Assembly: GCA_964344305.1 (NCBI GenBank) | Contig: CAYFMT010000007.1 | Coordinates: forward strand, 26,886-90,885 | Direction: 5' to 3' | DNA from: an uncultured bacterium | GTDB taxonomy: Bacteria > Fidelibacterota > Marinisomatia > Marinisomatales > JABMOV01 | Length of the DNA: 64,000 nucleotides | Shown: in pieces, positions 9,183 to 20,001 of the stretch | How the letters are laid out: every line of letters begins with the position of its first letter | Numbering within the stretch: position 1 is the stretch's first letter | Notes under the pieces: generated by a model | Seen by the model: the letters and a program-made list of their open reading frames with translations, nothing else | Database searches by the model: none | Told to the model about the DNA's origin: nothing | Made by a program: the position numbers and the translations under genes

Positions 9183-11669
9183 ATGGCGAGACCGGTCAGG
9201 GTATTTCAAATTGCTAAAGAGCTGAATATTTCTCATACAGAAATCCTATCTTTTTTAAAGGATAAAGGTGTGGAAATAGCCAGCCATATGTCTCCGGTAG
9301 ACGATGATGTTTACCAAATGATCCTTACGGAATTTGCTAAAGACAAAGAAGCCGTTGATCGATTCCGGAAAGAACAGGTCAGGCGAGAAATTCACGATAC
9401 TCGTATACGTGAAAGACAATCCGCTGATCCAAAAATGAAGATCCTTTCCCTGTCTGAGCAGCGTAAGCTCGAAAAGGAAGAAAAGAAGCAGGCTGAAATT
9501 CGGAAAAAAGAGGAAGAAGTAAGGCGGAAGGAAGAGGAGAAAAGACAGAAAGAACAGGCTGCAGCTCAGAAAAAAGCCGATGAAGAAAGACGCGTAAAAG
9601 AAGCGGCTGAAGCAGAAGCACGAGCCAAGCAAGCTGAAGAAGAGAAAAAGAAAGCGGAAAAAGAAAATGCCCCTGCAAAGGTAAAGTCTAAGAAGCAGAA
9701 ACTTCGAAAAGTTGACCTGTCAGAGATTCAGGCTGAAATTGGAAAAGGCAAGCGTCCTGTAAAGCATAAAAGAGAAGAAAAAGTTGATTCAAAAGCCAGT
9801 CGGAGTGCAAAAGACAGAGTGCGTCAGACCATGGCGAAGCTCGATACCAAAGGCAAAAAGAAGGTATACAGAAAAGAGCGGCAGGAAGACGTGGTTGAGG
9901 ACCATGGCAGCATCCAGATTTCCGAATATTCAAGTGTGGAAGAATTGTCAAAGATTTTCAATGTTTCCTCCAGTGATGTCATCCAAAAATGCTTTGCTCT
10001 AGGTGTATTGGCCACCATAAATCAGCGACTGGAATGGGATGTTATCGAATTGCTGTCAGATGAATATGGTTATACCGCAGAAAAGCTCACAGATGTTGGT
10101 GAAGAGTTGTTTTCGCTCGAAGAATCTGATGAAGACTTAACCAATGCAAAACCGAGATCTGCTGTTGTGACCATCATGGGACATGTGGACCATGGTAAAA
10201 CATCTTTGCTGGACTATATTCGTGAATCCAATGTTGTAGCGGGTGAATCAGGTGGAATTACGCAGCACATTGGTGCCTATAAGGTTGAAATCGATGACGA
10301 ACACACAATTACATTTTTAGACACTCCGGGTCATGAAGCATTTACTGCCATGCGAGCGCGTGGTGCACAAGTAACGGATATTGTCGTTCTGGTGGTTGCT
10401 GCTGATGATAGTGTGATGCCACAGACGATAGAGGCTATCGATCATGCAAAAGCAGCCAGCGTCCCATTAATTATTGCTATCAATAAAATGGACAAGGCTG
10501 GTGCAGATCCTGATAAGGTTAAAAGAGAGTTATCCGACCACAATGTACTGGTAGAAGACTGGGGTGGGAAGGTACAATCCATTCAGGTATCAGCAAAAAC
10601 CGGTGATGGAGTTCAGGATGTACTGGATGCCATTCTTCTTGAGGCTGATATGCTTGAGTTAAAAGCAAACTGGGACTGTACGGCACGGGGAACCGTTATC
10701 GATTCACGATTGGATAAAGGGCATGGACCTGTTGCCACGGTATTGATCCAAAAAGGTGAGTTAAGTGTTGGTGACCCATTTATCTGCAGCGATTATGGTG
10801 GGAAAGTACGTGCCATCATGAATGAACGTGGGCAGCGAATCAAAAAAGCATTTCCATCTGATGCAGTCCAACTCCTTGGTTTTGAAAATGTACCACAGGC
10901 TGCCGATATATTTGCTGTTGTTGAAAATGAAAAGGATATCAAACGAATTACATCCGATCGTCAACGACTAAGACGAGAGATAGAACATAAAAAGATATCG
11001 TCACTCACCCTCGACGCCATGTCTGCTATGATCAAGGAGGGAACCATCGAATCTCTGCCATTGATAATCAAAGGTGATGTGGACGGTTCAGTGGAAGCGC
11101 TTGCAGAGACCTTCCTGAAGTTGAACACAGATGAAGTGGGTGTTAATGTCATTCGGAAATCAGTTGGTATGGTCAATGAATCGGATGTCCTCCTGGCTGA
11201 AGCCTCGAAGGCTGTCATAATTGGTTTTCATGTACAGGTGTCATCCAATGCACGCTTACAGGCAAAGCAAGCCGGTGTAGAAATTCGAACATACAGCATT
11301 ATTTATAATGCAGTAGAAGATATCAAGATGGCCCTTGAAGGATTGTTAAAACCTGAAGAAGTAGAAGAAATAAAAGGTAAAGCCCTCGTGCAGGCACAGT
11401 TTAAGATTCCAAAGATTGGTTTTATTGCTGGTTGCAAGGTGTCAGAAGGTATCATTACTCGCAATGATATGGCACGACTGCTTCGAGATGAGGAAGAACT
11501 GTTTTCAGGTAAAATCACCTCGTTAAAACGATTCAAGGATGATGCAAAAGAGGTGAAGGAAGGTCTTGAATGCGGAATAGGTATTGAAGGCTTTTCAAAG
11601 TATCAGGAAGGCGATATCATCGAAGTCTTCGAGATAAAGCAGATTAAAAGAAAACTCGAAACGAATTGA
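9183..11669 (+). CDS. infB: translation initiation factor IF-2
   Basis: 828 aa with a K/E-rich N-terminal region, G-domain motifs [13 protein letters not shown] and NKMD, and a C-terminal IF-2 domain. Confidence 0.97.
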   Translation: MARPVRVFQIAKELNISHTEILSFLKDKGVEIASHMSPVDDDVYQMILTEFAKDKEAVDRFRKEQVRREIHDTRIRERQSADPKMKILSLSEQRKLEKEEKKQAEIRKKEEEVRRKEEEKRQKEQAAAQKKADEERRVKEAAEAEARAKQAEEEKKKAEKENAPAKVKSKKQKLRKVDLSEIQAEIGKGKRPVKHKREEKVDSKASRSAKDRVRQTMAKLDTKGKKKVYRKERQEDVVEDHGSIQISEYSSVEELSKIFNVSSSDVIQKCFALGVLATINQRLEWDVIELLSDEYGYTAEKLTDVGEELFSLEESDEDLTNAKPRSAVVTIMGHVDHGKTSLLDYIRESNVVAGESGGITQHIGAYKVEIDDEHTITFLDTPGHEAFTAMRARGAQVTDIVVLVVAADDSVMPQTIEAIDHAKAASVPLIIAINKMDKAGADPDKVKRELSDHNVLVEDWGGKVQSIQVSAKTGDGVQDVLDAILLEADMLELKANWDCTARGTVIDSRLDKGHGPVATVLIQKGELSVGDPFICSDYGGKVRAIMNERGQRIKKAFPSDAVQLLGFENVPQAADIFAVVENEKDIKRITSDRQRLRREIEHKKISSLTLDAMSAMIKEGTIESLPLIIKGDVDGSVEALAETFLKLNTDEVGVNVIRKSVGMVNESDVLLAEASKAVIIGFHVQVSSNARLQAKQAGVEIRTYSIIYNAVEDIKMALEGLLKPEEVEEIKGKALVQAQFKIPKIGFIAGCKVSEGIITRNDMARLLRDEEELFSGKITSLKRFKDDAKEVKEGLECGIGIEGFSKYQEGDIIEVFEIKQIKRKLETN

Positions 11670-12040
11670 ACACACAAACGCCTTATAACCGACCGGAAAG
11701 AGTCGGTCATGAAATATTACACATCCTGGGTGATATAACAACCAAGTATATCAATTTATCCGACCTTGGCTTTATTACATTTACAGAATGTATCGTCACA
11801 CCAGATTTAAAGCTTGCAAAGGTGTATTTCAGTGTCTTGTCTCCCCAATATGATACAAAGAAAATAGAGCTGGAGCTCAATCACCGAAAAAAGGCATTCA
11901 GGAAATATCTGGGACATGAACTCCGAATAAAGAATACTCCAGAATTACGTTTTTATTACGATATCTCCATGGAAGAATCCAACAGGATACACGAGCTATT
12001 CGCCAAAATTGAGCATGAGGATGATGATCAGCATCAATAA
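11666..12040 (+). CDS. rbfA: ribosome-binding factor A
   Basis: 124 aa whose position after infB and sequence (RVGHEILHILGD...TPELRFYYD) match RbfA. TTG start overlaps the infB stop. Confidence 0.88.
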   Translation: MNTQTPYNRPERVGHEILHILGDITTKYINLSDLGFITFTECIVTPDLKLAKVYFSVLSPQYDTKKIELELNHRKKAFRKYLGHELRIKNTPELRFYYDISMEESNRIHELFAKIEHEDDDQHQ

Positions 12041-12677
12041 ACCCGAGAATTGGACTTCCTTTGATGTGGTGAAAAAGATCCGTGTGATCACAAAGGAAAA
12101 AAAGGTTGGCCATGGTGGCACCCTTGATCCATTTGCTACCGGTGTATTGATCATTGGCACTGGAAAGGATACCAAAAAGCTATCTGACGTGACAAACTTT
12201 GAAAAAGAATATATTGGCGTTATAAAACTGGGAGAAGAAACGAATACACTCGATACCGAAGGAGATGTAATACAATCCCTGCCTGTACCAGACAGTTTGA
12301 ATCAAGAGGATGTTAAAAAAGTTTTTTCGGATTTCATCGGAGACTATTTACAGGTCCCACCCATGCATTCCGCGAAGAAAGTAAAGGGAAAAAGACTCTA
12401 CGAACTTGCACGAAAAAATGTAGACGTTCATCGTGACCCGGTATCTGTGACTATTTTTGATTTAAAGCTCCTTGAGTTTAATCTTCCATTTATCACATTC
12501 TCCGTCACCTGTTCCAAAGGTACCTACATTCGGGTTTTAGCAAAAGATATTGCAGTGAAGCTGGATACTTGCGGTTATCTCATATCACTCGAAAGAACCC
12601 GCATTGGTGAGTATCTCATAGAAAATGCCCAGAGCCTTCAAGAATTTGAAAAACAATGGTCACCTACAATAGCATAA
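12009..12677 (+). CDS. truB: tRNA pseudouridine(55) synthase TruB
   Basis: Motifs GHGGTLDPFATGVL and YIRVLAKDI. The track start is a TTG, and an ATG at 12015, 12021 or 12024 is equally possible. Confidence 0.92.
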   Translation: MSMRMMISINKPENWTSFDVVKKIRVITKEKKVGHGGTLDPFATGVLIIGTGKDTKKLSDVTNFEKEYIGVIKLGEETNTLDTEGDVIQSLPVPDSLNQEDVKKVFSDFIGDYLQVPPMHSAKKVKGKRLYELARKNVDVHRDPVSVTIFDLKLLEFNLPFITFSVTCSKGTYIRVLAKDIAVKLDTCGYLISLERTRIGEYLIENAQSLQEFEKQWSPTIA

Positions 12678-13594
12678 CGAATATTGCTCCTGTTAAAGCG
12701 TCCATTTTGACCATGGGCACCTTTGATGGTCTTCATAGAGGGCATCAGGAGATAATCCAGCGTGTTGTGAACCAGGCGAAGGCACTAGATCTTCCATCTG
12801 TATTGATTACGTATGATCCTCATCCAAGATACGTCGTTAGCAAGTCCGGTACAAACCTTCAGCTTCTTATGAGTATTGACAAGAAATTGAGTTTATTGGA
12901 AGAAATGGGTGTGGATATTGTTCTGGTGGTTCCATTTACAAAGGAAACGTCAGAAATGAATGCCGGGGACTATATTCAGAATGTAGTGTGTAGAAATTTT
13001 AATCCACAGCACATTATCATTGGGTATGATCATCATTTTGGCAGGGATCGTGAAGGCACACCTGAATCACTAAAATCCTACTGCAATCAGGAAGGTTTTA
13101 CGGTGGATATTGTTCAACCAGTATCAGATGAAGGTCATATTATCTCCAGTACAAGGGTGCGACAATTAATTTCTGATGGTTTCGTCAGGCGTGCGTCCTT
13201 TGAGCTTGGTTGGGTATATGGATTTGATTCAGTGGTTGTAGAGGGAGCAGGGAGAGGGAGAAAGCTGTCTTTCCCAACCGCTAATTTTGTGCCGGTGGAA
13301 AAAAATCAGTTATTACCGAAGGGTGGAGTCTATTGCACAAGGGGAAGAGTTCATGGACAGCAGATATATGGAATGTGTAACTTAGGGACTCGTCCAACCT
13401 TCGATGAAAAAGAATTTGTTATGGAAGTGCATTTTATGAGTGAATCATCTCATGATTTATATGGACAAACCATCACAATTGAGTTCCTTGAACGTATCAG
13501 GGATGAGAAGAGATTTCAGTCTGCAGAGCTTCTTATCCGTCAGTTAGAAGCAGATAAAGAACAATGTATGAATATAATAAAGAAGTATATGTAG
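12656..13594 (+). CDS. ribF: bifunctional riboflavin kinase / FMN adenylyltransferase
   Basis: 312 aa with GTFDGLHRGH in the N-terminal adenylyltransferase domain, and PTANF...GVY in the C-terminal riboflavin kinase domain. Confidence 0.93.
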   Translation: MVTYNSITNIAPVKASILTMGTFDGLHRGHQEIIQRVVNQAKALDLPSVLITYDPHPRYVVSKSGTNLQLLMSIDKKLSLLEEMGVDIVLVVPFTKETSEMNAGDYIQNVVCRNFNPQHIIIGYDHHFGRDREGTPESLKSYCNQEGFTVDIVQPVSDEGHIISSTRVRQLISDGFVRRASFELGWVYGFDSVVVEGAGRGRKLSFPTANFVPVEKNQLLPKGGVYCTRGRVHGQQIYGMCNLGTRPTFDEKEFVMEVHFMSESSHDLYGQTITIEFLERIRDEKRFQSAELLIRQLEADKEQCMNIIKKYM

Positions 13595-13602
13595 GAGGAA
13601 TA

Positions 13603-13872
13603 ATGCCACTTACTGTAGAACAGAAAAAAGAAATCGTTGAAAAATTCGGAAAAGACGGAAAGAACACCGGTTCTGCCGAAGTGCAAATTGCATTATTAAC
13701 ACAGCGAATTCGTGAATTAACAGAGCATGTAAAAGTACATAAAAAAGATAACCATTCCAGACATGGTCTGGTGAAGCTTGTTGCTCAGAGAAAGAAAATG
13801 ATGAAATATTTACGTAAAACGAATCCAGAATCTTATGTAAGTACCATCAAAGAACTTAACATAAGAGGATAA
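13603..13872 (+). CDS. rpsO: 30S ribosomal protein S15
   Basis: The ATG at 13603 is preceded by AGGAGG. The 89-aa product (GSAEVQIALLTQRI..L..H...HKKD.HSR.GL) matches S15. The longer track ORF start is rejected. Confidence 0.95.
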   Translation: MPLTVEQKKEIVEKFGKDGKNTGSAEVQIALLTQRIRELTEHVKVHKKDNHSRHGLVKLVAQRKKMMKYLRKTNPESYVSTIKELNIRG

Positions 13873-13879
13873 TATCTAA

Positions 13880-16033
13880 ATGATAACAGTCGAACGAGAA
13901 ATTGCCGGTAGACTTCTAAAAATTGAAACCGGTAAAGTGGCACGACAATCCGCAGGATCTGTCGTTGTTACTTATGGAGAAACAACCATTATTGCAGCGG
14001 TAAATGCTGCAAAGGAAATGCGTGAGGGAATCGACTTTTTCCCTCTACAGGTTGAATACAGAGAACGTTATTATGCCGGTGGGAAAATCCCCGGTGGTTT
14101 CTTTAAAAGAGAAGCCAAACCATCAGATAATGAAGTGCTGACCAGCCGTCTAACAGATAGACCTATTCGTCCGCTATTTCCGAAGGCATTCAAGTATGAA
14201 ACACAGGTCATGATTACAGCCCTGTCAAGTGATGGCGAAAACCTGGCAGATACTATTGCGGGCGTAGGAGCCAGTGCTGCTCTAATGACATCAAATATCC
14301 CATGGAATGGCCCCATCGCCACAGTACGTGTAGGTCAGATTGACGGTAAGTATATTGTCAATCCACTGCGTTCTGAGATGGAACAATCCACCATGGAAAT
14401 GATCGTTTCCGGTAATGAGAAAACCATCGTCATGGTAGAAGGGGAATCACTTGAGATTTCTGAGGAATCCATGGTTGAGGCATTGGAAGCGGCACATAAA
14501 GTCATTGTGGAGATCATTGAACTGCAGAAAGAACTGGCAGAACAATGTTCAATTGAAAAACGTCCAATTCCTGAAGAAGAAACCGATTCTAAACTGGAAG
14601 CGAAAGTCCTGGATGATAATCGTAAGAAGCTGGAAGATGTCAGTCGCATCGCCGATAAACAGGAGAGGGACGACTCGTATTCAGCCATTGTTGATGACTA
14701 CCTTGAATCTCTTGATGATGGTAGTGAAGATGTAGAAAAAAACCAGGATTATGCCAAGAAAATCCTGGGGGATACTTACAAATCCATTGTCAGGGATAAT
14801 ATTCTTTCTACCGGATCAAGACTTGATGGTAGAAAAACAACGGATATACGTCCTATTACCGTGGATATGAGTTATTTGAAGCGGACTCACGGTTCAGCAT
14901 TATTCACACGAGGCGAAACTCAGGCACTTGCCGTGGTTACGCTTGGTACAAAGAGCGATGAGCAAATCATCGACAGCATGAATGATGATTACAAGAAAAA
15001 CTACATGCTTCACTACAATTTCCCGCCTTATTGCGTGGGTGAAGTAGGTCGTATCGGCTTTACAAGCCGCAGGGAAGTCGGGCATGGAAATCTGGCAGAA
15101 AGATCATTGAAACCGGTTCTTCCTTCTCAGGAAGATTTTCCATACACTATTCGTATTGTATCGGAAATCATGGAATCCAATGGATCATCCTCCATGGCAT
15201 CTGTCTGTGGCGGATCTTTGTCCCTTATGGATGCCGGTGTTCCTATCAAAGAGCATGTGGCAGGAATTGCCATGGGATTGATTACAGACGGAGACAGACA
15301 TGCCATCCTGAGCGATATACTTGGTGCAGAGGATCATCTTGGGGATATGGATTTCAAAGTAGCCGGTACCGAGAAGGGTATCACCGCGATTCAGCTTGAC
15401 CTTAAAATTGAAGGAATATCCTTTGATTTGCTCAAGGAAGCTCTGGCTCAGGCCAAGGTAGGCAGACTTCATATCCTTGGTATTATGAATGAGGCTACGG
15501 CAGGAGAGCGTAAAGATATTTCGCCATACGCACCTCAAATTCGTATTCTTCAGATCAATCCAGATAAGATTGGCGCACTCATTGGTCCCGGTGGAAAGAA
15601 TATCAAGAAAATCATTGCTGATACTGAATGCAATATTGAAGTAGATGATGATGGCAATGTTTTTGTATCCAGCACCAATAAGGCGAAATGCGAGGATGCT
15701 GTGGAGTTGGTTCGATCCATAACCATGGAACCAGAAGTGGGTATGGAATTTGATGGAATCATTACTCGCATCATGACATTTGGCGCATTTGTTGAATTTG
15801 CACCTGGTCGTGAAGGATTAATTCATATTTCGAATCTGGAATGGCATCGTGTCAACCAGGTTGAAGATGTAGTAAAGTCGGGGGACAACGTAAGAGTTAA
15901 GCTAATTAAAATCGATGATGAAGGTCGTTTAGACTTCAGCAGAAAAGCACTCTTGCCTAAACCTGAAGGGTATGTAGAGCCTGAAAGACGGCCGCGCAAA
16001 CCCAGAAATAAGCCGTTTAGAAAGCGAAATTAA
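13880..16033 (+). CDS. pnp: polyribonucleotide nucleotidyltransferase (PNPase)
   Basis: 717 aa with two RNase PH domains followed by KH (IGPGGKNIKKI) and S1 domains. Canonical rpsO-pnp synteny. Confidence 0.97.
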   Translation: MITVEREIAGRLLKIETGKVARQSAGSVVVTYGETTIIAAVNAAKEMREGIDFFPLQVEYRERYYAGGKIPGGFFKREAKPSDNEVLTSRLTDRPIRPLFPKAFKYETQVMITALSSDGENLADTIAGVGASAALMTSNIPWNGPIATVRVGQIDGKYIVNPLRSEMEQSTMEMIVSGNEKTIVMVEGESLEISEESMVEALEAAHKVIVEIIELQKELAEQCSIEKRPIPEEETDSKLEAKVLDDNRKKLEDVSRIADKQERDDSYSAIVDDYLESLDDGSEDVEKNQDYAKKILGDTYKSIVRDNILSTGSRLDGRKTTDIRPITVDMSYLKRTHGSALFTRGETQALAVVTLGTKSDEQIIDSMNDDYKKNYMLHYNFPPYCVGEVGRIGFTSRREVGHGNLAERSLKPVLPSQEDFPYTIRIVSEIMESNGSSSMASVCGGSLSLMDAGVPIKEHVAGIAMGLITDGDRHAILSDILGAEDHLGDMDFKVAGTEKGITAIQLDLKIEGISFDLLKEALAQAKVGRLHILGIMNEATAGERKDISPYAPQIRILQINPDKIGALIGPGGKNIKKIIADTECNIEVDDDGNVFVSSTNKAKCEDAVELVRSITMEPEVGMEFDGIITRIMTFGAFVEFAPGREGLIHISNLEWHRVNQVEDVVKSGDNVRVKLIKIDDEGRLDFSRKALLPKPEGYVEPERRPRKPRNKPFRKRN

Positions 16034-16048
16034 TTCAGGAGTTTTACT

Positions 16049-17164
16049 ATGAAGATTGGGGTTCCAAAGGAGATTAAACCCAGTGAATCACGGGTGGCTC
16101 TTACACCGCATGGCGCATTGGAGTTGACTAATAGAGGACATGAGGTATTTGTTGAAACATCTGGAGGGTTGCTATCCGGGTACTCGGACAATGATTATTC
16201 AGATGTAGGTTGTCGTGTTCTTGACACGGCCAAACAAGTTTTTGACGAAGTGGATCTGATTGTAAAAGTAAAGGAACCACAACCTCAGGAAATTGCCATG
16301 TGTCGACCAGACCTGGCTATGTTCACCTATTTCCATTTTGCTGCTTCGGAATCCCTTACTCGATCGTTTGCAGATACTGGGGCTACTTCCATTGCCTATG
16401 AAACAATAACATCAGATGATGGAAGTCTTCCACTGCTTGTTCCCATGAGCGAAGTTGCTGGACGCATGTCTGTTCAGGAAGGTGCAAAGTACCTTGAGAA
16501 AGCACAGGGGGGAAGAGGCATCCTGTTAGGCGGTGTGCCTGGTGTTGAACGTGCAGTAGTAACAATCATCGGTGGAGGGATTGTGGGTACAAATGCATGT
16601 CATATTGCTGCTGGTTTAGGGGCACAGGTCTATATAATGGATACAAATTTATCCCGATTACGATATCTGGATGAAACTATGCCAAAGAATGTGACCACGG
16701 TCTATAGTAATACATACAATCTCCAGGAATTAATGAAAAAAACGGACCTGTTAGTTGGTGCAGTTTTAATTCCGGGAGCAAAAGCACCAAAACTTGTAAC
16801 AAAAGACATGCTGACTCTCATGCAACCAGGCAGTGTCATTGTTGATGTGGCTGTGGATCAGGGTGGCTGTGTAGAAACATGCAAACCAACCACTCATGAT
16901 CAACCTACTTATGAAGTGGATGGAATCATTCACTATTGTGTGGCCAATATGCCAGGCGCCGTACCATTTACTTCAACCAAGGCACTAACAAATGCAACCA
17001 CTCCTTATCTGTTGAACATCGTTGATAGAGGCGTTAAAGAGGCACTACTCAATGATCCGCATTTACTTCAAGGTCTGAATACCTATAAGAAGCAGATTAC
17101 GCATAAAGCTGTAGCTGAAGCATTTGACATGATTTTTGTTAATCCACTGGATGCTCTAAATTAA
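16049..17164 (+). CDS. ald: alanine dehydrogenase
   Basis: 371 aa starting [17 protein letters not shown], with NAD-binding motif [11 protein letters not shown]. These are typical of the AlaDH family. Confidence 0.9.
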   Translation: MKIGVPKEIKPSESRVALTPHGALELTNRGHEVFVETSGGLLSGYSDNDYSDVGCRVLDTAKQVFDEVDLIVKVKEPQPQEIAMCRPDLAMFTYFHFAASESLTRSFADTGATSIAYETITSDDGSLPLLVPMSEVAGRMSVQEGAKYLEKAQGGRGILLGGVPGVERAVVTIIGGGIVGTNACHIAAGLGAQVYIMDTNLSRLRYLDETMPKNVTTVYSNTYNLQELMKKTDLLVGAVLIPGAKAPKLVTKDMLTLMQPGSVIVDVAVDQGGCVETCKPTTHDQPTYEVDGIIHYCVANMPGAVPFTSTKALTNATTPYLLNIVDRGVKEALLNDPHLLQGLNTYKKQITHKAVAEAFDMIFVNPLDALN

Positions 17165-17255
17165 ACGATAGAGAAACTTAAGTCTATTCATTTTCGTGCT
17201 TGCTTTCAGTAAGTAGGCTAAGTAATATTCCATAAACCTTCGAGTAATACTTGAA

Positions 17256-17624
17256 ATGAATAGTACACCTTCTGGAATCAAAAAGTTATACTACTCCATA
17301 GGAGAAGTAAGCGACATAACAGGAATTAAACCTTACGTGCTTCGGTATTGGCAAACAGAGTTCAAGCAACTCAATCCACCGAAAAATCGTGCAGGTAACA
17401 GGACATACAGGCAAAAAGATATTGATTTAATTCTTAGTATTAAATCTTTGCTGTATGAACAGAAATTTACAATTGAAGGGGCGAGACATAAGCTGGAAAC
17501 AGAAGGTGTTACCCCTGGTTTTCCATCTGAAAGTGGTGGAAATAAGCCAAAAGAGGTATCCGGTGAATTCATCACCTCATTGAGGGATGGATTGAAGGAA
17601 ATCCTACAGATTATTCGAGAATAA
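17256..17624 (+). CDS. MerR-family HTH transcriptional regulator
   Basis: 122 aa with an N-terminal MerR-type HTH (YSIGEVSDITGIKPYVLRYWQTEF...R...NRTYRQKDI). Confidence 0.8.
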   Translation: MNSTPSGIKKLYYSIGEVSDITGIKPYVLRYWQTEFKQLNPPKNRAGNRTYRQKDIDLILSIKSLLYEQKFTIEGARHKLETEGVTPGFPSESGGNKPKEVSGEFITSLRDGLKEILQIIRE

Positions 17625-17638
17625 TCTACATGACAATA

Positions 17639-17712
17639 CGGAGCGTGGCGCAGTCCGGTAGCGCACTGCAATGGGGTTGCAGGGGTCGGAGGTTCAAATC
17701 CTCTCGCTCCGA
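17639..17712 (+). tRNA. tRNA-Pro (anticodon GGG)
   Basis: Acceptor CGGAGCG/CGCTCCG, anticodon arm CTGCA-ATGGGGT-TGCAG with G37, and T-arm GGAGG-TTCAAAT-CCTCT. Confidence 0.88.
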
Positions 17713-17764
17713 CAATTTTCACAAGGAAAGCTGGGTGAATTCGTCATCCGGGTAATTTGTATAC

Positions 17765-18430
17765 ATGCTTAGTGATCCTACAATAGTTCCATTAACAGTT
17801 ATACTATTACTTTTGGTGACAATTGCAATAGTTCAAAATCTGTACAAAGTTGCAGGTTTTCTGGTTTTTACTTATGTATTGTACCTGTTAATTATCTGGG
17901 TTCGTATGGAACCAGTACCAAGTATGCCAAGTGAAAATCACGGAATAAGTAATAATATTAGTCCCACTTCCGAAACGATTTCAAATTCAGATTCATTCAT
18001 CGCTGCTGAATCTACAATTGACCCTGACACAACAGACGAAATCTCTGATATAATTCAACAGGTGTATATCCCCATTAAAGTAAAATCTATATCCATGACT
18101 GATAGAATAATCCATCGTTCGCCTGCGAGGATTGATTCAGTGTTCTCTGATAGTCTTGAGCACATTTATTGCTTTTCGTCTATCGAAAATTTGAATAATA
18201 CAGAACAGACCATAAGCCATAAATGGTATTATGAGAACCAGTTCTTTTCTACAGTGGATATCCAGGTAGGATTCTCATTTAACTGGCGATGCTGGAGTCG
18301 AATATCAAATGTAAATGAATGGCCCGGTAACTGGAAAGTCTATGTACTTGATTCTAACGAAGTCCCACTGGATTCCATTTCATTTACAATTAGCAATTCA
18401 AAAGAAACAGGATTGCGACGTGTACAGTAA
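17765..18430 (+). CDS. hypothetical membrane protein (possible DUF2914-like C-terminal domain)
   Basis: 221 aa with two N-terminal TM helices. The C-terminal beta-rich segment (HKWYYENQ...NWRCWSRI...GNWKVYVLD) is reminiscent of DUF2914, but that assignment is weak. Confidence 0.5.
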   Translation: MLSDPTIVPLTVILLLLVTIAIVQNLYKVAGFLVFTYVLYLLIIWVRMEPVPSMPSENHGISNNISPTSETISNSDSFIAAESTIDPDTTDEISDIIQQVYIPIKVKSISMTDRIIHRSPARIDSVFSDSLEHIYCFSSIENLNNTEQTISHKWYYENQFFSTVDIQVGFSFNWRCWSRISNVNEWPGNWKVYVLDSNEVPLDSISFTISNSKETGLRRVQ

Positions 18431-19352
18431 GTATCGATCAGCAATTATTATACTGATTCTCGTTATGATTTCCGGATGTAGTACCAGGGATGGTTCATCA
18501 CTTCAGATTAAATGGAAAAAATCATCGGAGGTATTGCCACGTGGTGTTGTTGTATACACCGGTGTCGATGACGTTTTACCGTTGAAGGTGTGGGTGGCGA
18601 AAATAGACCATAATAGCGGATTTCGGGCAAAAGTGCTTGTATCAGATGATGAGGATCGACGCGAAACGGTCATGGATTTCTATAACGGGATGGAAGCACT
18701 GCTTGTTGTGAATGCAGGGTATTTTATCATGCACAAAAATCCTGCGAGTCATGTAGGACTCCTCATGTCAGACAATCAACTAATAGAACCTGCATCTGAG
18801 TCTGTGATTCGATTGGGTACGCGGTATCCCATTGCGAGAGGAGCCTTTGGTACCAAAAGCGAATATCGCTATGACATTGCATGGGTAAATTCAAGAAACG
18901 ATTCCATATTTGAGTGGGAAGATCCCATCAATAACCTTAATGGAAAACCAGTTAAAACGTTAGATTTCTCAGAGGCAAAATACTGGAATGTGGTAGATGC
19001 TGTCCATGCTGGTCCAGTGTTGATTGAAGGTGGTGAAATACAGGATTTTGTTGATGAGGAAGTATTCTTCGGTACCAGTATTCCAGATGTACATCCACGA
19101 ACTGCCATAGGGTATACGAAGGAAAACGACCTGATTATATGCGTGGTAGATGGTCGTCAACCTGAAAGTCGGGGAGTTTCATTGTTAGAATTATCCATCA
19201 TCATGGAAGAGTTCAATTGTGTAGAAGCGCTAAACCTCGACGGTGGTGGATCCAGCACTTTGGTAGTCAACGGTACTCTTTTAAACAGACCGGCAGGTGG
19301 AACATCCTTGCGTGAGGTGATGTCAGCCATTGCTATTGTTCCAAATGAATAG
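18420..19352 (+). CDS. phosphodiester glycosidase-family (DUF2233/NAGPA-like) lipoprotein
   Basis: Motifs NAGYF and LNLDGGGSSTLV are typical of the family. I prefer the GTG at 18420, which gives a signal peptide with lipobox (LVMISGC) and overlaps the upstream stop. The track ATG at 18315 would overlap the upstream gene by 116 nt. Confidence 0.7.
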   Translation: MYSKYRSAIIILILVMISGCSTRDGSSLQIKWKKSSEVLPRGVVVYTGVDDVLPLKVWVAKIDHNSGFRAKVLVSDDEDRRETVMDFYNGMEALLVVNAGYFIMHKNPASHVGLLMSDNQLIEPASESVIRLGTRYPIARGAFGTKSEYRYDIAWVNSRNDSIFEWEDPINNLNGKPVKTLDFSEAKYWNVVDAVHAGPVLIEGGEIQDFVDEEVFFGTSIPDVHPRTAIGYTKENDLIICVVDGRQPESRGVSLLELSIIMEEFNCVEALNLDGGGSSTLVVNGTLLNRPAGGTSLREVMSAIAIVPNE

Positions 19353-20001
19353 ATTTACTGTCCTTATACCAGTATTTAACGGCGCCAAACATATAGAAAC
19401 GCTGTTGGGTAGAATCCCGGAAACTTTTCATTCTAACATACTGTTTGTAGACGATGGAAGCAGTGATGACAGTGGGAATATCATTCACTCCAAAAAATTG
19501 CGAGTCATCCACAACAGCGTCAACAGGGGAAAAGGGTATTCCATTCGAAAGGGGATTGGTATCGTCGGAAAATCCAATGAAGAATTCTGTATTCTAATGG
19601 ATGTAGATCTACAACATCCACCGGAATATATCTCAACTTTTGTGAAATCATTCGATCCCGGAACCATATCCCTGGGATATAGAACCAATCGAATAAAAAT
19701 GCCCATATCCAGATTCATATCAAATTTCTTTACAAGTCTGTGTCTAACCATACGCACAACAAATATCATCAAAGATTCTCAATGTGGTTACCGATTGATT
19801 CCCAGGTCATTGTTTAATATTCGTACTAGTGAAAAGGGATTTATGCAGGAGAGTGAATTGTTGATGAAAGCATGTATCATGGGGTATGACATTAAAAATA
19901 TTACCATCCCCACGGTGTACGCCGATGAAGTATCGGCCATTAATCCCTGGAGAGAAACATACCAATTTGTTCACCTGTTTATTAGGAGTTATTTCTGGTA
20001 A
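19345..20001 (+). CDS. family 2 glycosyltransferase (polyprenol-phosphate sugar transferase-like)
   Basis: N-terminus FTVLIPVFNG...DDGSSD...DVDLQHPP is typical of GT2 (GT-A fold, DxD). ATG at 19345 chosen. Confidence 0.8.
   Translation: MNRFTVLIPVFNGAKHIETLLGRIPETFHSNILFVDDGSSDDSGNIIHSKKLRVIHNSVNRGKGYSIRKGIGIVGKSNEEFCILMDVDLQHPPEYISTFVKSFDPGTISLGYRTNRIKMPISRFISNFFTSLCLTIRTTNIIKDSQCGYRLIPRSLFNIRTSEKGFMQESELLMKACIMGYDIKNITIPTVYADEVSAINPWRETYQFVHLFIRSYFW

Noticed and set aside
9255-9678. Two long antisense ORFs (125 and 99 aa) opposite the infB N-terminal region.
   Set aside because: They arise from the GAA/AAG-rich K/E low-complexity stretch of IF-2. Their translations are low-complexity F/L/S strings, and they lie within a highly confident gene.
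17333-17722. 129-aa minus-strand ORF.
   Set aside because: It is antisense to the MerR-family gene and overlaps tRNA-Pro(GGG), so the tRNA and HTH calls explain the sequence.
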